Assembly: GCA_963707955.1 (NCBI GenBank) | Contig: OY970176.1 | Coordinates: forward strand, 1,504,001-1,568,000 | Source: Candidatus Bathyarchaeota archaeon | Lineage (GTDB): Archaea; Thermoproteota; Bathyarchaeia; Bathyarchaeales; Bathycorpusculaceae | Direction of reading: 5' to 3' | Length of the DNA: 64,000 nucleotides | Part shown: piece after piece, positions 58,369 through 64,000 of the stretch | How positions within the stretch are numbered: position 1 is the first letter of the stretch | Layout of the letters: every line of letters starts with the position of its first letter | The notes under the pieces: generated by a model | What the model was told of the DNA's origin: nothing | The model's database searches: none | The model's input: the letters and a program-made list of their open reading frames with translations, nothing else | Position numbers and translations under genes: made by a program

Positions 58369-59619
58369 TTGAAAGTTGGCTTCTTTGTTTGGGAGTATCC
58401 GCCACAGCTCGTAGGTGGGCTTGGAACTTATGCTGAGTACATCACTAAAGAGTTTGTTGAAATGGGCCATGATGTGGCCGTTTTCACTCTAAACACGGGA
58501 GAATTGAAGACACATGAGGTCATGAAAGGAGTAGAAGTTCATCGCCCCATGATTGCCGACGCAAGCAACGTCTTCCCGATGTTCGTCACGAATGACTTGG
58601 TGAAATGGGGAACCAACATCCGGTTCTTCAGCGACATCTTCATGTACAACGTTCTGAGCGCCACCAAACTCATCAATGGACTGATCAAGAAAGAAGGCAG
58701 CAAATTCGACATCGTCTGCGTTCACGACTGGCTGAGCAGCATCGCCGGCATAATAACCAAGAATGAGACGAAAATCCCCGTGGTCTTTCACGTTCACAGC
58801 ACCGAGTGGGGAAGAAGCGGAGGACAGGGCTCTGAAGTGGTCTCTCATTTTGAGCAGGCAACAGCACAACTGGTCGATCACATAATAACCGTAAGCTACG
58901 CGATGCACGACGACCTTACTCGCCACGGTTGGAACGAACCCAAGATCAGCGTCGTGTGGAACGGTGTCGACACAGAACGCTACGACCCCAAAAACTGCAG
59001 CCAAGAAGCAATCGATGGATTAAGAGAAAAGTATGGAGTTCAAAAGGATTGGAATCTGGTGTTGTTCGTCGGCAGGCTCACCTGGGTTAAAAGCGTCAGG
59101 AACTTGGTGCAGGCTATTCCGATGGTTCTCAGCGAGTATCCGAAAACCAAGCTTGTCATCTTGGGCAGAGGCGAAGAGCAAAAGGATATACTGGAGATGG
59201 CGGCCAGACTTGAAATCGGAGAAAACGTTATCTGCCGCTTCGAATTCGTCCCAGAAGACGAAAGAATTCTGCACTACGCGGCGGCTGACCTCTGCGTTTT
59301 TCCCTCCGTGTACGAACCGTTCGGCATCGTGAGCCTTGAAGCGATGGCCATGGAGAAACCGATAGTGGTCGGCGCCCACGGAGTAGTGGGGTTCAGAGAG
59401 CAGGTCATCCCTTCTGGTCCAAATCAAACCGGAGTTCACGTAAACGGCGAAGACCCAACCGACATAGCCTGGGGAATAAAAGAGATACTGAAGGACCCAC
59501 AGAGGGCAAAAACATGGGGCCAGAACGGACGCAAGAGAGCTCTTGAATTCTTCACTTGGAGAAAAGTTGCAGAACAAACAATTGACATATACAAATCCGT
59601 TATTAGCAACAAGAGCTAG
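58369..59619 (+). CDS. GT4 glycosyltransferase (glycogen-synthase-like)
   Basis: WEYPP..VGGLG, HDW, HSTE.GR, EPFGIVSLEAMA. Confidence 0.93.
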   Translation: MKVGFFVWEYPPQLVGGLGTYAEYITKEFVEMGHDVAVFTLNTGELKTHEVMKGVEVHRPMIADASNVFPMFVTNDLVKWGTNIRFFSDIFMYNVLSATKLINGLIKKEGSKFDIVCVHDWLSSIAGIITKNETKIPVVFHVHSTEWGRSGGQGSEVVSHFEQATAQLVDHIITVSYAMHDDLTRHGWNEPKISVVWNGVDTERYDPKNCSQEAIDGLREKYGVQKDWNLVLFVGRLTWVKSVRNLVQAIPMVLSEYPKTKLVILGRGEEQKDILEMAARLEIGENVICRFEFVPEDERILHYAAADLCVFPSVYEPFGIVSLEAMAMEKPIVVGAHGVVGFREQVIPSGPNQTGVHVNGEDPTDIAWGIKEILKDPQRAKTWGQNGRKRALEFFTWRKVAEQTIDIYKSVISNKS

Positions 59620-60227
59620 ACTAGCTCTTCCTGTGATGCGTGATTCCATAGAGAGGAAAAGCAGTTAGATACGTATCGGTCAGCTGTACAAGTAGGTATG
59701 GTTTCTTGTTTTGCTTGGTTCGTTGAGGACGATGCGTCTTAGTATTCGTTTCTTGGGAAGGCATCTTTCAGCTTTTGTCGGGGCAGAGATGAGCGGCTTT
59801 GGAAAAATACGTGCACCGTTTGGGGTTCGCGGGTCGCTTCTCTTGCTCTGACAGTCCCTACCCCGGGTCAGCGATATGATCCAAATATGTGCGGAGATTT
59901 TCTCCACGTTAGGGTTAGGGTCTTATCACGGAACATCGTGCAAGTCGAAACTTGTGAAGAATGTGTCGAAAGTGTAGAACGGAAAAGCATGTATAAGCTA
60001 TTTTCTTTTATATGAGTTCTGAAGAATTTGTCCCTTTGTATTTTGATTTCCTTTCGACGCAACTCTAACCGTGCATCATCTGAAGCTCTCTTCTTTGCTG
60101 CAGATAATTTCTTCTTCGTTTCCATCTTTCAAGAGAGCGTCATATGGATGGTCGTATAACACCAAGATGGGCATTCATCGTGATTTCCGTTGATACGATG
60201 AAGAGAAAAAAGAAAAGAAATGGAGAC

Positions 60228-60593
60228 TTATGTGGGTCTGTCGTATCGGTAGTGCATTACCTCAAGGGTTCCCCATGCTATGGCTACGAAGAACAGCATA
60301 GCTGCAATGACGCCAAATAACCCGAACTCGATCAGCCAGAACTCTATGGTTGCAAGGAATGGCGCTACTAAAGTCAGCAGCATAAGAAACCCTATGGGTA
60401 TCGTCTCTGGTACGGTATGGCTTGGGTTCTTCTCACGGAAGAAAAAGAACCTTACAGCCTCAGAGTCATACCACTGGACTATAATACCAACAAATATCTG
60501 AATACTGTCTGAAATGTGGTTGCTAACACCATGCAACCTATCGCTGAAACGTACAACAATAGCTTTTTTGGCTTGCTTCCCACTTCCTCCCAT
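60228..60593 (-). CDS. Small membrane protein, hypothetical
   Basis: ATG with an upstream purine-rich SD-like tract; two C-terminal hydrophobic helices. Confidence 0.5.
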   Translation of the reverse strand: MGGSGKQAKKAIVVRFSDRLHGVSNHISDSIQIFVGIIVQWYDSEAVRFFFFREKNPSHTVPETIPIGFLMLLTLVAPFLATIEFWLIEFGLFGVIAAMLFFVAIAWGTLEVMHYRYDRPT

Positions 60594-60885
60594 TCCTTCC
60601 CACCCTCAACTTTCCCTTTTCACCCATTAATTAGGGCAATCTCTTAACCTATTGAATACCTTAGCCTCGGTTATTATTATGCTTAGCTTAGAGTTTCGAT
60701 GCTTAAACATTATGATTTGAAATTGGTATGGTGAGGAAACACTAACGAAAGAAGTCATATTTGCACGGCAACAGAAGATACATCGGATGCTTAACAATGA
60801 AAAAACACAAGTTTGAAAAACCAAAGATTAGAGATACTAGATTGGAAGTATTTTTGTCTTGAATATGAATGCGCGATGAGCGGTG

Positions 60886-63800
60886 TCAGTTTCGTTTTAT
60901 TCGAATTGTTCTGATATCAAAGGGGTGCAGTGACAAGTTCAGTTTGTTTCCTTGGGTTTTTAGGATGGCTAGTTTTTTCTCCATTAGGTCAGCTTCATAT
61001 GCCTCCTTAATGTAGAAGCCAAATAGGATCTGTGCTTTGGCGCCCTCACCAGAAGCGTCATAGATTCTGATGATGTAGTCGTCTGATTTCTCAGCCAGTT
61101 TGACGCATGAAACTACTACGTTGTTCGGTTTGACTTGGATGAAGCTGGCTGTTTCAGGTTCAGATCCGTCTGATCGAGACGGTTTCGTGACCATTACGGC
61201 TTCGAGCGGATGGTTCAATTCGTAGCCTTTCCTGAAAGTCAGGGCTTCCTTCCAGCTGCCTTTGTGCGGGAAAACGGAGTATCTAATCGTTTGCACTCTT
61301 TGGTCAGGCTTCGGGTCTGGGCTGTAGCTGGTCCTGACCAATGTCATCCTTACCGTATTGCCCTTAACATCAAACCCATACTTAGAGTCGTTGAGAAGGC
61401 TCATTCCGTACTCGCCGTCTGAAAGGTCAACCCATCTCAGCGCCGGTGTCTCAGTGCCGTCAGCCACTCTTTCGACGTAGCCAAACGGAATTTCAAACGT
61501 TGCTTTGGAGTCGTCCAATATGGGTGTAAAAGAGACCTTCAGCATAGGAGCTTCCGTCTTGTCATCGGAAACCTCTCTCCAGTCTGTCACTGTTTCGAAG
61601 TCCACTCTGGGAATGCCCTTCAGAAGCGAGATGTACTGCGTGATCTTGGATCTACCGTGTTTATGGACAACTTTGAACGAAGACTCTCACTGGTCCAGAC
61701 TCTACGAGTTCGACTTCAGCGCCTCTTATGAGGTTCTCTGTTCGACTTATCTCACCGATGATCCAGGCAGACATGTCGTGTGGAAGCTCGTACAAGACCT
61801 GCAGTAGGTTACTGAAAACGGGATTAGTAGATTTGAACCTGTCCTTTTTGAAGACAAACCTGTCAGAAGCTTTGTCATAAAGAGACGTTATAGTGCCGGA
61901 GTTCTTCTCGACTTCAAGCCTGAAGAATTCGTTCTCAACCGCGTTTTCACTGGCTGACAGCCCTGCTAAGTCTTCTCCTGCACGACTGCCCTCGACGAGG
62001 TAGTAAACTCTGTAACCTATTGATGGCACTTTAGCCAAGAACAGGACTCCGTCTCCAGCGACTTGCACCAGTGATTTTTCCTGGCCGCCAGCTGAAATGA
62101 CAGTCGGGTTTCGTGGAATCGCGCGCTTGGGAACCTTGATTTTCACAAGGTCTGTTCGATCCCAAGACAATGAGTTGAAGACAACAATTGGGATGCCGTT
62201 CTTGGAGAACTTTATCCTTTCTGCAAGTGCCCTGACAGAACCCTTCAAGATATCGTCAGCGATCCTTAACGCTTCTTCCGCAAGTTTGACAGGAAGAACG
62301 TACCCTTCGGGGGCTCCGCTTCCGTCAAGGATGTCGTGGAACTGGTTGAAAAGCATGTTCAACCAAGCCTTTCGAAGATCATCCCTCGGATACTTGCCCG
62401 AGAGCGCCGCGAACCGTTCAGCGTCTATGAGCAGCCTCTCACAAAGCCTGTTGTAACGCTTGATGTCACTGTGTGTAGTGTAGCAGCCGTCGAATGTGAA
62501 CTGCAGCTCGTCATTAATGACGGGGAGAGCCTTGATGCTTGGTTGTCTTTCAACTTCTTCAAAGAACCTGTGAGTTGAGCTGAAGGCGAGCGCAGGCAAG
62601 ACCTGCTTCCTCTGAATTTCGTGGGCTGCTTCAACATCTTCGATTGTGGCTCCGCCACCGTGGTCGCCAACCCCGTAGACGAACATGCTCGTCTTGAGTC
62701 CGTAGCGACTGTAGAGCTCGATGGCCACGTCAACTATGTTCTTCGGGGTAACGGAATTGTTGAAAACGCTTGTGAAGGCCAGGGCTCTCGTTCCGTCGGG
62801 CGATTGCCACCAGAAGATGGGGTGGCCTTTGCCGCACCTCATGAAGTAGTAGTACTTCAAGCCGGCTTTACTTGCGACTTGAGGAAGCGTCCAAATGTGA
62901 CCGAAGGTGTCGGGCTCCCAACAAACCTTAGGCTCGAACCCGAATTTCTCCTTCACGTATCGTTTGGCTTCTAGGAACTGCCTGACGAGTGCTTCTGTTC
63001 CAACCATGTTTAGGTCAGCTTCGGTCCACATTGAGGCTGTTATGTCCCAGTTGCCCCGCTTCACATGTCTTCTTATCGCTTCGAAGAGCTCAGGATACTC
63101 CTGCTCGACGGCTCTGTACGTGACGGCTTGGCTCTGAGAAAAGCAGAAGTCAGGGTACTTGTCCATCAGTTTGACCATCGTGCTGAAGGTTTCCCTAATG
63201 GTGTTAAGGGTGTCTTCCCATGGCCAAAGCCAATTCATGTCTATGTGGGCGTGAGCAACGAGGTGTACCCTAAATTCCTTAGCTTTCTGAGATAAGATAG
63301 CCAGTTTGGCTCGGGCCTTGTTTATCTCTTCAAGAAGGGCTGAGGGCTTTCCATTGAAAGCCTCCAGTCTGAAGTCTTGGCAGGCCTTTTGGGTCAATTT
63401 CCCGTCAAGGAACTTGGCAAACCTAAGTTCTTGGATGAATAAGTCGATCTCAAACGCTGTCTTCTCGATGAGGCTGTATGATATGCTGAAAGATGGGACC
63501 ACGACGGGTTCGTATTTTGGATGGAAGTGAATGGCGACGACATGGCTTTTGCTGGGTGTCGCCTTTTCATCCAACAATATCTTGTATTCTCCTAGATCCG
63601 CCCAGTAATCTGCGCTGAATACCTTCTCAGAATCCAGGTAGATCTCTATCTTGTCAAGGATTACTGACGAGAACATCTTCGCGAACGAGCCTGAGACCTC
63701 TATCCCTGCGATCTGTTTGGGAATCGCGATTCTGGTTCTGAGCCAAGCGTCTCCTATTCTAGCATCGACAATCTTGGGCAGGCTGACAGTTTCCCATGAT

Positions 63801-63959
63801 GAATCGTCAAGATTCTGTTTGTAAGCTTCAGGGACTTCTCTTTGAATGAATTTCCACAGAATGTTTTGCCTGTATTCTGTTAACTCTTTATGCTTTTCTT
63901 GAAGTTTCGAGACGAGAAGAACGTAAACGTCTTCGGATTTGTCGCTCGCGACTGCTCAC
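60886..63959 (-). CDS. GH38 alpha-mannosidase, split by apparent 1-nt insertions near 61685 and 63920
   Basis: HAHIDMNWLW, W.PDTFG, YGVGDHGGG, NQFHDIL.GS, LLNDSKYG; frames join cleanly; GTG start overlaps the upstream TGA. Confidence 0.9.
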
Positions 63960-64000
63960 TTGGCAATATCTTCTTTTTTAATAGTGTCCTCTGAGAACAT
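63956..64000 (-). CDS. 3' end of an upstream gene (partial)
   Basis: ...FSEDTIKKEDIAK*, GTGA-coupled to the GH38 start. Confidence 0.4.
   Translation of the reverse strand: MFSEDTIKKEDIAK

Noticed and set aside
59680-60125. Two short minus-strand ORFs as a toxin-antitoxin pair or split gene
   Set aside because: No recognisable motifs; they cannot be distinguished from decayed DNA.
323-63530. Many antisense or overlapping ORFs in the ORF track (e.g. 8755-9543, 18651-19211, 59020-59649)
   Set aside because: They are shadows of well-supported genes on the opposite strand or frame and have no family motifs.
63956-63958. In-frame TGA upstream of the GH38 frame as a selenocysteine or readthrough codon
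   Set aside because: Better explained as the stop of the upstream gene overlapping a GTG start, plus a 1-nt insertion near 63920.
1-64000. CRISPR array or cas genes
   Set aside because: No regularly spaced 25-40-nt repeats with unique spacers were seen, and no Cas motifs.

Overview
Archaeal chromosome segment. Gene content and order (rpl10/rpl1/rpl11/spt5/secE; the rnp4-yhbY-rps19e-rpl39e-rpl31e-eif6-rplX-pfdA-ftsY cluster; CSL-type EndA; DUF1512) suggest a TACK lineage, most likely Bathyarchaeia (inference). Roughly 1-23 kb is core housekeeping. After a divergent tRNA-Leu (with a non-canonical D-arm intron) and tRNA-Arg pair, the window is largely accessory: heliorhodopsin with signalling genes, PerR/catalase, kdpABC, Dph6 plus a GATase, ABC transporters, Lon, HtrA, a P1B-ATPase/NikR pair, a proteasome-beta-like protein and a GH38 mannosidase. 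The most unusual signals are: (1) a GCGCGCGC palindrome found 12 times, always intergenic; (2) an IS/MITE family sitting in such sites (two ~162-bp MITEs flanked by CTAG, bracketing two genes and sharing their right end with a transposase remnant); (3) degenerate copies of the tRNA-Arg 3' end that delimit accreted islets, one carrying heliorhodopsin; (4) a second, decayed heliorhodopsin fragment; (5) a mosaic duplicated AsnC-domain gene flanking the kdp block. Several single-base frameshifts in otherwise intact genes look like sequencing or assembly indels. All calls come from reading the sequence by eye; no database searches were run.
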